Shown: positions 9,494 through 18,558 of the stretch, in pieces
How the letters are laid out: each line of letters opens with the position of its first letter
Position numbering within the stretch: position 1 is the stretch's first letter
Assembly: GCA_965213625.1 (NCBI GenBank)
Contig: CBDBZU010000004.1
Coordinates: forward strand, 608,001-672,000
Direction of reading: 5' to 3'
Source: a bacterium
GTDB taxonomy: Bacteria > UBA8248
DNA: 64,000 nt
Notes under the pieces: model-generated
Told to the model about the DNA's origin: nothing
The model's input: only the letters and a program-made list of their open reading frames with translations
Databases searched by the model: none
Made by a program: the position numbers and the translations under genes

Positions 9494-10528
9494 ATGCCAG
9501 AGGCGCTTCTGAGCGAACTCTCGCCAGGCGCTCAGGCCGCGCTCGAAGCCGCGATGGAGGAAGGGCCGGGCGACGGCCTTCCCCTCGTCCCGCCTACCCG
9601 CAGGGCTGTCGACGCCACCCTCGCCGCCGTTCATGAGGGTTCCGGCCACGTTTTGGGGATCATGGCGCCCGCCATGGAAGAGGTGACGGTGGGCGATGCG
9701 GCCGTCTGCGCTGTGGCTGCCGGGTGCAAGCCGACGTACTTCCCTGTGGTCCTGGCGGCGCTCGAAGCCGTCATGGAGCCCGAGTTCAATTTTTTGGCCA
9801 TTCAGGCGACTACCGAGCTCGCCTCGCCCCTGGTGATCGTTCACGGGCCTATCGCCGAGCGGTTAGGCGTGCATTCGGGCAGCGGATGCATCGGGCCCGG
9901 CTTCCGGGCGAACGCCACCATCGGCCGCGCCGTCCGACTGGCCGCCGTCCGGCTGGGTATGGCGGCGCCCGGCGAGACCGACATGGCCACCTTCGGCCAC
10001 GGGGGCAAGTACGCCGCCTGTTTCGCCGAGGCGGCCTGCGGCTGGGAGCCTCTCCATGTGACGCGGGGATTCCGCGCGGAGCAGAGCGCGGTGACGGTGG
10101 TGGCTGCGGACGCGCCGGTGAACGTGAACGATTACGCGAGCGGCAGCGCGGAGAGTGTACTCCGCATGATCACGGGCACCATGGCCTATCCCGGCTCGAA
10201 CAACGCCCAGGGCGGCGGCGAGGTCTTGGTCGTCATCAGCCCACAGCATTTGGGGCTACTCGCCTCGGGCGGCATGGAACGGGCGGACGTGCAGCGCGCG
10301 CTCTTCGAGGGAGCGCGTGTGCCTATGAAGAGTTTTTCGCCCGAGATCGCCGAGCGCGTTCGCGGCAGGCGGCCGGGGCTTTTCGCGGACACGGAGCCGG
10401 AAGCCGTTCCGGTAGCGGATAAGCCGGAAAACATTCTCATCAGTGTGGCCGGGGGGCCGGGGAGCCACACGCTCTTCTTCCCCACCTACGGAGAAACCCG
10501 GGCGGTCACGAAGCCGGTACGCGATTAG
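9494..10528 (+). CDS. UGSC-associated uncharacterised protein, paralog of the selenoprotein's C-terminal domain
   Basis: Shared motifs DGLP(V/L)(I/V)PPT, AGC.P, GPIA..(I/L)G, NA..GRAV.L, WEPLHV..GF....S.VTV, GG.G; starts 3 nt after the upstream stop. Confidence 0.85.
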   Translation: MPEALLSELSPGAQAALEAAMEEGPGDGLPLVPPTRRAVDATLAAVHEGSGHVLGIMAPAMEEVTVGDAAVCAVAAGCKPTYFPVVLAALEAVMEPEFNFLAIQATTELASPLVIVHGPIAERLGVHSGSGCIGPGFRANATIGRAVRLAAVRLGMAAPGETDMATFGHGGKYAACFAEAACGWEPLHVTRGFRAEQSAVTVVAADAPVNVNDYASGSAESVLRMITGTMAYPGSNNAQGGGEVLVVISPQHLGLLASGGMERADVQRALFEGARVPMKSFSPEIAERVRGRRPGLFADTEPEAVPVADKPENILISVAGGPGSHTLFFPTYGETRAVTKPVRD

Positions 10529-10803
10529 ATGAACGATACGGGCGAGAGAAAAGGGAATTGCATGCGTGACTCGGAAGCGGGATTCCGGTCTCCAGGTCCG
10601 AAAAGGAGGGATTTAATCACTCCTCTTGAGGGGGTTGTTCTCTACCAAGGAACATATCGGAATCACTCCCCCCTTGAGGGGGAGTCGAAGAGGCCGAGCC
10701 CTTGGGCGAAGGCCGATTCGGTGGGGGGACATGCCACAGTAAAAATCTCCCCACACCAGTTCGCTTTCGGGCTAACGCCCTCAGCTCACTGACTCCCCCT
10801 CAA

Positions 10804-12324
10804 GGGGCTGTTGAAAAACCCCCGGCATTGTGATTGGGTGTAATGACACTATCTCGCCCGAGATGGGAGTTCCCTCGATGATAGGCAGCAAGAGGCGCGA
10901 GCAGATGGATTTGTTCGTGGCCGGTTCGCTGGATCGGCTGATCCCCGAGGATCACGTCCTGATGCGCGTGGACCGCGTACTGGATTTGAGTTGGCTTCGT
11001 GAGGAGGTGGCGGATTGCTATTGCGCGGACAATGGTCGACCGGGGATCGACCCGGAGGTGGCGCTCCGCTTGATGCTTGCGGGTATGTTGCTGGGCTACG
11101 TACACGACCGGCGTCTGCTTCGCGAGGCGCGTGCGCACCTGGCGATCCGGTGGTTCATCGGATACGGGTTGCACGAGGAGTTGCCGCATCATTCGAGCCT
11201 GACGCGGATTCGTCAGCGGTGGGGGGAGGCTCGGTTCAAGGAGATATTCCGCCGGACGGTGCAGGCTTGTCTGGAGGCGAATGTGGCGAAGGGGGAAGTG
11301 GTGCACGTGGACGCCTCGTTGATACGCGCGGACGTGAGCTGGGAGAGCCTGGCGGCGCACCACGCGGAGAAGGTGATTCAGGAGAATCCCGTCGATGATG
11401 AGGTCGGGAAGAAGGGAGGAGGCCGCGGTGGCGGGGGTCCGGTGAGCCGGACGGACCCGGACGCGCGGCTTGCGCGCAAGAGCGCGCGGGCGGGGTTCGA
11501 GCCGAGCTACAAGCAGCACGCGGCGGTGGACGATGAGCGGGGTGTTGTTCTCGACGTGTCGGTGACGGAGGGGACGCGGAACGAGCGTGAGATGATGGCG
11601 TCCCATATAGAGGCGGTAAGCGAGTTGTCGGGCCGCGCGCCGGAGATGGTGACGGCGGATTCGGGCTACGCGTACTCGAAGGTTTATGGCGAATTGGAGC
11701 GGCGGGGCGTGGAAGCGCTGATACCAGCGAAGAAGGAACCCAGCCAGAGCCGTGTTCCGCTGCAGTTGTTCCACTACGACGCGCGCAACGAGGTGGTGAA
11801 GTGTCCGGGAGGCAAGACGCTGCGCCCCCGGCAGGCGACGGAGCGGGGGCGCTCCTATGTATCGAAGACGCGGGATTGCGCGGGCTGCGCGCTCCGTGCG
11901 GATTGTCTGTCGAAGTCGCGCACGAGCAGGACGGTGTTGATTCCGCACGCGTATCCGGCGCTGTTGCGCGCGCGTCGGCGGCATGCGCGCTGGGGGGAGG
12001 AGGAGAAGCGTCTCTATGGCCGCCACCGTTGGCGCTCGGAGGGCTACCACGGCGAGGCGAAGAGCCGGCACGGACTGGGGCGGGCGGTGCGCCGGGGCCT
12101 TGCGAACATGCGGATCCAGTCCTACCTGACGGCGATAGCGGTGAACCTCAAGCGGCTGGCCGCCGCTTTTGCGGCGCGTATATTCGCCCTCTGGACGGCC
12201 TGTGCCGCCCGGAGACGCCGGCTGCGCGCACATGGCGCCCTCACGCGCCAATTGGGCTGCCTCCCCGCCGCCGCGTGAGCCGCCAAAACGCCCGCTTCCA
12301 ACACCGGGTTTTTCAACAGACCCC
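10804..12324 (+). mobile_element. IS1182-family insertion sequence with 4-bp target duplication TCAA
   Basis: IRL ggggctgttgaaaaaccc (10804-10821); IRR gggtttttcaacagacccc (12306-12324); TCAA at 10800-10803 and 12325-12328; encloses one DDE transposase. Confidence 0.9.
10878..12278 (+). CDS. IS1182-family DDE transposase
   Basis: LIPEDH.L, GRPGIDP, PHHSSLTRIR.R, VDAS.I.A, TDPDA, ADSGY, C..C.LR..C, R...EG..GEAK..HGL, NLKRL motifs; RBS precedes ATG 10878. Confidence 0.92.
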   Translation: MIGSKRREQMDLFVAGSLDRLIPEDHVLMRVDRVLDLSWLREEVADCYCADNGRPGIDPEVALRLMLAGMLLGYVHDRRLLREARAHLAIRWFIGYGLHEELPHHSSLTRIRQRWGEARFKEIFRRTVQACLEANVAKGEVVHVDASLIRADVSWESLAAHHAEKVIQENPVDDEVGKKGGGRGGGGPVSRTDPDARLARKSARAGFEPSYKQHAAVDDERGVVLDVSVTEGTRNEREMMASHIEAVSELSGRAPEMVTADSGYAYSKVYGELERRGVEALIPAKKEPSQSRVPLQLFHYDARNEVVKCPGGKTLRPRQATERGRSYVSKTRDCAGCALRADCLSKSRTSRTVLIPHAYPALLRARRRHARWGEEEKRLYGRHRWRSEGYHGEAKSRHGLGRAVRRGLANMRIQSYLTAIAVNLKRLAAAFAARIFALWTACAARRRRLRAHGALTRQLGCLPAAA

Positions 12325-12488
12325 TCAAGGGGGGAGTGAAAATAGCGCACTCCTTCTGTGGACTTTATCAACAACCCCCTCAGGGGGAGAGTGGGAGAAA
12401 CCCAAGTTCAGGGGAGTGATTTTGGATAGGGAATTTTGAATTCAACTGGTAGATTCTTCATGAATTGACCGGCATATAGGAGACACAC

Positions 12489-13874
12489 ATGGCCGATAGG
12501 AGCAACGTCGACGTCCTCGTAGTCGGAGCGGGCATGGCCGGGGTATGCGCCGCGGTCGCCGCAGCGCGGGGCGGTGCGCGGACGGTACTCACGGATCGCT
12601 ACGCCTTCCTCGGGGGCAACGCCACCGCGGGCCTTCTCGGCAACTTCCTCACCTTCCACAACATGAAGGGGGAGCAGATCTGCAACGGCATCCCCCAGGA
12701 GATCGTGGACGAACTCATCCGGCTGGGCGGCGCCTTTCCCGAGGGTCACCTCCACAACGCTTATGGCAACTCCTACTCCGTGACGCCCCAGGACGGCGAA
12801 GTGCTCAAACTCGTGAACCAGAAGCTCTGCCTGGACGCGGGCGTCGATCTGGTGCTGAATACCTACACCATCGGGCCCGTCATGGACGGCGACCGGGTGG
12901 CCGGCGCGCGCATCGTGAACAAGAGCGGGGAGAGCGAGATCCGCGCGCAAGTCGTCATCGACGCGAGCGGGGACGCGGACATCGCAGCGCAGGCGGGCGC
13001 GCCCTTCCACCTCGGTGACGAAGAGGGAAAGATGATGTCCATCAGCCTCTTCTCCCGGATGGGGAACGTGGACCTGGACCGCCACCTCCAGCACGTCAAG
13101 GCCAACCCGACGAATTTCATGCTCGGCGAGGACCCCTACATCGGGAAGAGCCGCGAGGAGATCGCCGCAGGTCTCCGCACCCACAAGGACTACCCCCTCG
13201 TGACCGGCTATTACGAGTCGGTCAAGCTCGCCCAGTCGCGCGGCGAATTCCACCCGAACAGACAGCGGGTGGTGTTCTCCATCACCAACATTCCCGGCGT
13301 GGTCACCATCAACTCGACGAGCATGCTGGGCTACAGCGGCGTCGACAACGATGACCTGAACCAGGTCGCCATCGAGGGCCGCGAGCAGGTATTCAAGGTG
13401 CGCGATTTCTACCGCAAATACGCGCCCGGCTTCGAGGAGTGCTACGTGATGGACTCGGCCTCGGCCATTGGGGTGCGCGAGACGCGCCGCATCATCGGGG
13501 AGGAGACCCTCACCACCGAGGACTGCGTCGAGGCGCGCAAGGGGCCGCGCGACATCGGTCAGGGGGCTTACTGCCTGGACGTACACCAGCCCACCGGCGT
13601 GATCGAGCACAAGCACATCCGGGACGGTGAGTCCTACGGCATCCCCTACGGCATTATGCTCCCGCAGAAGATAGAGAACTGCCTCGTGGCGGGCCGGCCC
13701 GTCTCGAGCGATCGCTTTGCGAACGGCTCCGTGCGCAACCAGGCCCACATCATGACCATCGGGCAGGCGGCGGGTACGGCGGCGGCCATGTGCGTGGAGC
13801 GCAGGACGACCCCGCGCGAACTGCCGGTCGAGCCCCTGCGGGAGAAGCTTCGCCAGGATGGAGCGGTCGTGTAA
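12489..13874 (+). CDS. FAD-dependent oxidoreductase (FAD_oxidored/HdrA-like family)
   Basis: DVLVVGAGMAG..AA..AAR.G, LGGNATAG, IDASGDAD, GVRETRRI.G, YGIPYG..LP, IGQAAGTAAA. Confidence 0.9.
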   Translation: MADRSNVDVLVVGAGMAGVCAAVAAARGGARTVLTDRYAFLGGNATAGLLGNFLTFHNMKGEQICNGIPQEIVDELIRLGGAFPEGHLHNAYGNSYSVTPQDGEVLKLVNQKLCLDAGVDLVLNTYTIGPVMDGDRVAGARIVNKSGESEIRAQVVIDASGDADIAAQAGAPFHLGDEEGKMMSISLFSRMGNVDLDRHLQHVKANPTNFMLGEDPYIGKSREEIAAGLRTHKDYPLVTGYYESVKLAQSRGEFHPNRQRVVFSITNIPGVVTINSTSMLGYSGVDNDDLNQVAIEGREQVFKVRDFYRKYAPGFEECYVMDSASAIGVRETRRIIGEETLTTEDCVEARKGPRDIGQGAYCLDVHQPTGVIEHKHIRDGESYGIPYGIMLPQKIENCLVAGRPVSSDRFANGSVRNQAHIMTIGQAAGTAAAMCVERRTTPRELPVEPLREKLRQDGAVV

Positions 13875-13926
13875 CCGCTCCTTGGAATTCGCATCATCCG
13901 GTCACCCAGAAAAGGGAGGAGAAACG

Positions 13927-15198
13927 ATGAAACGTTCCAGACGCTGGCTATTCATTATCGCCGTGGCCGCTTTTGTGGCGGGGCTCGCGCTGCCCGCCGC
14001 GGCGGCCAAGAAGGTCACGCTCCTCATCCACCCGACCTTGTTCAAGGCGGCGGGCGGTCCCAAGGGCGTCGTGGCCGACTTAGAGAAGGAAAAGGGCATC
14101 AAGGTGACCGTGGTCACCACACCCTACGGGAAAATCAAGGACAAGGCGGTCCTCTCCTTCGCGGCCGGAGGCGGGCAGTTCGACGTGGTGTCCTGGGTGG
14201 ACGCCTGGGTCAACCCCGAGACGATAGGTTTTTTGGAGCCGCTGGACAGCTACATCAAGAGCGCGCCCAAAGACTACGACTACGGGGACCTCATCCCCGC
14301 CCTCTCGGGCACAACTCGCTTCCCCAAGCCCGGCGGGCCCGCCTACGGCGTTCCCTACCGGACGGGCACGGGAATCGTCTATTACCGCAAGGACCTCTTC
14401 GCGGCGGCCAAAGTCTCGATTCCCAAGACCTGGGATGAATTTCTCGCCGCGGCCGAAAAGCTGAACCAGCCCGGCAAGATCTACGGCGTCGTCCAGCGCG
14501 GAAAACCCGGTGTCCACGTGGAGCAGGACTTCCTGCGCTATCTCCACAGTTCGGGCCACGGCGTGCTCTCCGCCGACAACAAGACCTGCCTGCTGGATCG
14601 CGCCGATTCGATCAAGCTGCTCGAGGTATTCGGCAAGCCGTTCCGCAGCGGCTGGTCCCCGCCCGACATGCTGGCCTGGGGCCGGGACGAATACAGAAAC
14701 GCCATGATGCAGGGCCGCGCCGCCATGGGGGTCTACTTCTCCCCCTACTGGGGCCTGATGACCAACCCCAAGAAGTCCAAGACGGCGGACAAGCTGGGCT
14801 ATTTCCTCGTCCCCTCGTTGGACGGCAAGAACCGGGGCGCCACCCTGAACGGCGGCTGGCACCTGATCATGGACAAGAAGAGCAAGAACAAGGCGGCGGC
14901 CTGGGAACTCATGATGGCGCTCTCCAACAAGAAGAACCAGCTCCGGGGCGCCCTGCAGTGGGCGAACGGCCCCGTGCGCAGCTCGGTCTACAACAACGCG
15001 GACTACCTGAAGAAGTTCCCCGTGGCGAAGGCGTGGCTGACCGCCATCAGCCGGGGCAGCGGCGCGGCGCAGCATCCGCGCGCGTCCGAGATAAGCGACG
15101 CCACCTCGAAGGAAGTCATCAACTACCTGCAGAAGAAAAAGAGCGCCAAGCAGGCCATGGGGGACGCCTGCAAGCGGATCAACGCGGTTTTGAAGTAA
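13927..15198 (+). CDS. CUT1 ABC transporter substrate-binding protein
   Basis: Signal peptide ending AAA; YYRKDLF, PKTWDEF..AA.KL, GRAAM, GGW.L motifs; GGGAGG RBS. Confidence 0.9.
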   Translation: MKRSRRWLFIIAVAAFVAGLALPAAAAKKVTLLIHPTLFKAAGGPKGVVADLEKEKGIKVTVVTTPYGKIKDKAVLSFAAGGGQFDVVSWVDAWVNPETIGFLEPLDSYIKSAPKDYDYGDLIPALSGTTRFPKPGGPAYGVPYRTGTGIVYYRKDLFAAAKVSIPKTWDEFLAAAEKLNQPGKIYGVVQRGKPGVHVEQDFLRYLHSSGHGVLSADNKTCLLDRADSIKLLEVFGKPFRSGWSPPDMLAWGRDEYRNAMMQGRAAMGVYFSPYWGLMTNPKKSKTADKLGYFLVPSLDGKNRGATLNGGWHLIMDKKSKNKAAAWELMMALSNKKNQLRGALQWANGPVRSSVYNNADYLKKFPVAKAWLTAISRGSGAAQHPRASEISDATSKEVINYLQKKKSAKQAMGDACKRINAVLK

Positions 15199-15309
15199 AG
15201 CGTCCGGGGACGAAAACCGGACGCGGAGGCATTCCCGGGGGGTCGAACCCGACCGGGGAGGGAGGGTTCGCTACCCCGGACGAGGGGCCAAGTGAAACAC
15301 GATGGTTCT

Positions 15310-15337
15310 GTAGGGATGGGTCGCGACCTGTCCCTAC
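15310..15337. repeat. GTAG-type REP palindrome
   Basis: gtagggatgggtcgcgacctgtccctac, two mismatches to the copies at 18470 and 22192. Confidence 0.8.
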
Positions 15338-15344
15338 CAGAGCA

Positions 15345-15443
15345 CCCCCCCCCTACCCCCCCTTGACAGGGGGGTAAAGGCGATGCCCCCCGGCGAAGGG
15401 CTTTTGTTTTTTCTTGCCCCCCTGACAAGGGGGGGTAGGGGGG
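15345..15443. repeat. Second REPIN/MITE-like element with poly-C/poly-G inverted arms
   Basis: ccccctacccccccttgacagggggg ... cccccctgacaagggggggtagggggg: near-perfect inverted arms, each itself palindromic. Confidence 0.7.
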
Positions 15444-15521
15444 GTTGCCTTTCAAGTGATTACGGATTGACGGGATGATGGCGACCAATACGTCGGGACA
15501 GGCGCAAGCACGGAGAGTGTC

Positions 15522-16451
15522 GTGAATACCGGAGCCGTTCAGAAAACAGCGCGGCGGGGCGGCATGGCGTGGCTCACCCCCGCGCGAAAGCAGACGATGG
15601 CGCCCTACCTGCTCATGGCGCCCGCCTTCGCCATCCTGGGCGGGATACTGGTCTATCCTTCCTTCTACAACATCTATCTCTCCATGTGGAAATGGCGGCT
15701 CACTACGCCGCACCTCTCCACCTTCGTCGGCTTTGCGAACTACGTGCACCTGCTCACGTTCGACCCCGACTTCTGGCAGGTAACCCGCTTCAGCCTGGGC
15801 TTCACCGTGGCCACCATCGCCCTGGAGTTCATCCTGGGGGTAGCGAGCGCGCTGCTGCTCTACGGCCTGGTTCGCGGCAGGCGGCTCATGACGTCCTTTC
15901 TCCTCACCCCCTACATGGTCGCTCCCATTGCGGTGGGCCTCGGCTGGCGGCTCATGTGGGACCGTGACATCGGCATCGTGAACCTCCTCATCGCACTCGT
16001 GGGAATTGCCAAGGTGAACTGGCTCGCCGAGACCGGCCCAGCCTTCTGGGCCATCGTGATCTGCGAGGTCTGGCGTTCGACGCCCTTCGTCACCATGATC
16101 CTCCTGGCGGGCATCACGGCGCTCCCCAACGAGGTGTTCGAAGCCGCCCACGTGGACGGCGCGAACCGGGTGCAGGTATTCCGGCGGATCACCTTTCCGC
16201 TCATCCTTCCCCCGCTGGTGGTGGCGTTGCTGTTTCAGACCATCTTCAAGCTGCGGGTGTTCGACATTCCCTACATTCTCACGGAAGGAGGCCCCGGCAC
16301 GTCCACCATGCCTTACGGCCTGTTTATCCAGCGCATTTATTTCCGTTATTTCGACGTGGGCAACGCGGCGGCCACCTCGGTCGTCCTCCTCGTGCTGGGC
16401 GCCGGGATCGCGTTCGCCTACATGCGGCTCATTCGGGACAGGGACGGCTAG
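15522..16451 (+). CDS. CUT1 ABC transporter permease (MalF/UgpA-like)
   Basis: FVGFANY, WRSTPF, EAAHVDGA EAA loop, TEGGPG. Confidence 0.92.
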   Translation: MNTGAVQKTARRGGMAWLTPARKQTMAPYLLMAPAFAILGGILVYPSFYNIYLSMWKWRLTTPHLSTFVGFANYVHLLTFDPDFWQVTRFSLGFTVATIALEFILGVASALLLYGLVRGRRLMTSFLLTPYMVAPIAVGLGWRLMWDRDIGIVNLLIALVGIAKVNWLAETGPAFWAIVICEVWRSTPFVTMILLAGITALPNEVFEAAHVDGANRVQVFRRITFPLILPPLVVALLFQTIFKLRVFDIPYILTEGGPGTSTMPYGLFIQRIYFRYFDVGNAAATSVVLLVLGAGIAFAYMRLIRDRDG

Positions 16452-16454
16452 GCG

Positions 16455-17303
16455 ATGGCGCGGGGCGAAGAACAGATTGGGCCGGGGATTCCCTCCTTCC
16501 CGGCGGCGCGTGGGGCGATGCTGGTGCTGCTTGCGTTCAGCCTGTTTCCGATCGTCTGGATCATGCTCACCTCGGTGAAGAACGAGACCGCCATCTTCAG
16601 CATCCCGCCCACGGTTTTCGTGACCCCGGATTTCTCATCATACTGGAAGTTCCTGGGCTTCGGTAACGAATCGGCGCTGCTGTTCATCTGGAACAGCGCG
16701 TTCATCGCCGTGGTGACGACCTTTCTCACCCTGCTTGTCTCCTCGCTTGCGGCCTACGCGTTTTCGCGCTACCGCTTCCGGGCGTCGAACTATCTTCTCT
16801 TCTTTATGCTGGCCACGCGCCTCCTGCCGCCCGTAACAGCGGTGGTTCCGCTCTACCTGCTGTTCCGCTATCTCCAGATTCTCGACACGCGGCTCATCCT
16901 GATCCTCATCTACACCGCCCTCAACATCCCCTTCGGCACCTGGCTGATGAAGGCGTTTTTCGACGGCATCCCCAGGGAACTCGAAGAGGCCGCGGCGCTC
17001 GACGGCTGCGGCGCGCTGCGCACGCTGGCGAAAGTGACCTTCCCCCTCGCGTCCTCGGGTATCGCCGCGACCTCCATATTCGTCTTCCTGCTGGCCTGGA
17101 ACGAGTTCATGTTCGCGTTCATGCTGACGAACGTGCACGCGCGCACCATCCCCGTCCGCCTGGCGGAGACCATGGGCGAGATGCAGGTCTTCTGGCAGGA
17201 TATGTCCACCCTCGCGACGCTCATCATGCTGCCCGCCCTGCTCGTGGGCTTTTTCATGCAGCGCTATCTCATCCGCGCCTTGACGGCCGGAGCGGTGAAG
17301 TAG
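16455..17303 (+). CDS. CUT1 ABC transporter permease (MalG/UgpE-like)
   Basis: AAYAFSRYRF, IPRELEEAAALDGC, WNEFMFA, GAVK C-terminus. Confidence 0.92.
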   Translation: MARGEEQIGPGIPSFPAARGAMLVLLAFSLFPIVWIMLTSVKNETAIFSIPPTVFVTPDFSSYWKFLGFGNESALLFIWNSAFIAVVTTFLTLLVSSLAAYAFSRYRFRASNYLLFFMLATRLLPPVTAVVPLYLLFRYLQILDTRLILILIYTALNIPFGTWLMKAFFDGIPRELEEAAALDGCGALRTLAKVTFPLASSGIAATSIFVFLLAWNEFMFAFMLTNVHARTIPVRLAETMGEMQVFWQDMSTLATLIMLPALLVGFFMQRYLIRALTAGAVK

Positions 17304-17314
17304 GAGGAGTCGGC

Positions 17315-18391
17315 TTGGGCACCGTCAGTATCGAGAACCTGAGCAAGCACTTCGGCAGCGTGCGCGCCGTGGACGGAATCGACCTGGAAGTCTCCGAGGG
17401 AGAGTTCCTCGTCCTGGTGGGGCCATCGGGCTGCGGCAAGACGACGACGCTGCGCATGGTGGCCGGGCTGGAGTTTCCCACCGACGGCGAGATCCGCGTG
17501 TCGGGCGAGCGCGTGAACGAGATTCCCGCCAAGGATCGCAACATGGCCATGGTGTTCCAGAACTACGCCCTCTACCCACACATGACGGTGTACGAGAACA
17601 TGGCCTTCGGTCTCCGCGTCCGGCGGATTTCTGCGGGCGACATCGACCGCCGCGTTAAGGAGGCCGCCGCCCTCATGGGGCTCGAAGACCTCCTCCACCG
17701 CAAACCCCGCCAGCTCTCGGGCGGCCAGCGGCAGCGCGTGGCGGTCTGCCGGGCCATCGTGCGCGACCCGGTCGCCTTCCTCTTCGACGAACCGCTCAGC
17801 AACCTCGACGCCAAGCTCCGCGTCACCGCCCGGGCCGAGATACGCAAGCTCCAGCGCCGCCTGGGCACGACCTCCATCTACGTCACCCACGACCAGACCG
17901 AGGCGATGACGATGGGAGACCGCATCGTCGTCATGGATCTGGGGAAAATACTGCAGGTGGGTCCTCCCATCGAACTCTACGACCGCCCCGTCAACCGTTT
18001 CGTGGCAGGGTTTCTGGGGAGCCCGGCCATGAACTTCATCGAAGGCCGCGCACAGCAATCGGAGGGCCGTCTCGAACTCGAAGCGGGCGCCCTGCGCTTC
18101 CCGCTGCCGGAGTCCTGCCGGGAAGGAGACGCCTATACCCTCGGCTTCCGTCCCGAGCATCTGGGCTTTCAAGAGGGCGGGGAGCGCCTCGTCTCCGCCG
18201 AGGGCCGGGTGGAACTCGTCGAGCCTTTGGGTTCGGATACCTTCGTCGCCCTGGACCTGGGCGGTGAGGTCCTCACCGTAAAGGAAGAAGGCCATTTCCG
18301 AGCGCAGGTGGGAGAGCGCATCCGGGTGTTCTTCGAGATGGACAACGCCCATCTGTTCGACGGCGACACCGGGGAGCGGCTGGAAGGCTAG
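17315..18391 (+). CDS. CUT1 ABC transporter ATP-binding protein (MalK/UgpC-like)
   Basis: GPSGCGKT, VFQNYALYPH, LSGGQRQR, DEPLSNLD, YVTHDQ.EAM; TOBE-like tail. Confidence 0.95.
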   Translation: MGTVSIENLSKHFGSVRAVDGIDLEVSEGEFLVLVGPSGCGKTTTLRMVAGLEFPTDGEIRVSGERVNEIPAKDRNMAMVFQNYALYPHMTVYENMAFGLRVRRISAGDIDRRVKEAAALMGLEDLLHRKPRQLSGGQRQRVAVCRAIVRDPVAFLFDEPLSNLDAKLRVTARAEIRKLQRRLGTTSIYVTHDQTEAMTMGDRIVVMDLGKILQVGPPIELYDRPVNRFVAGFLGSPAMNFIEGRAQQSEGRLELEAGALRFPLPESCREGDAYTLGFRPEHLGFQEGGERLVSAEGRVELVEPLGSDTFVALDLGGEVLTVKEEGHFRAQVGERIRVFFEMDNAHLFDGDTGERLEG

Positions 18392-18469
18392 ACCCCTGCG
18401 GAATGTGAGATGGGTTTGCAGGGGCGGACCTGTGTTCAGCCCGCACCATACATTCCAGGTCAAACAAAA

Positions 18470-18497
18470 GTAGGGACAGGTCGCGACCTGTCCCTAC
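18470..18497. repeat. GTAG-type REP, perfect 28-bp palindrome
   Basis: gtagggacaggtcgcgacctgtccctac between convergent operons; identical copy at 22192. Confidence 0.85.
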
Positions 18498-18558
18498 GCA
18501 GTTTCAGAGAAAGAAAGATTATCCCGACAGACCTGGGTTTTTAGAAAACCCGGAAACC

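Larger units (their letters stand above)
10663..12339. repeat. REPIN/MITE-like element bounded by perfect 24-bp inverted palindromic repeats (about 150 bp before IS insertion)
   Basis: tcactccccccttgagggggagtc (10663-10686) is the exact reverse complement of gactccccctcaa (10791-10803) + ggggggagtga (12329-12339); degenerate copies near 10617 and 12373. Confidence 0.8.

Noticed and set aside
10529-10792. 87-aa ORF after the UGSC partner gene
   Set aside because: Runs through palindromic repeats (PLEG repeats are translated repeat arms); unlikely to be a gene.
10800-12374. 524-aa antisense ORF spanning the IS
   Set aside because: Shadow of the GC-rich transposase; Arg/Pro-rich, no motifs, and it starts outside the IS boundary.
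10617-12420. CRISPR-like look of recurring ccccc-ttga/tcaa-ggggg units
   Set aside because: Copies are inverted, degenerate and irregularly spaced with no cas genes; REP/MITE-like instead.
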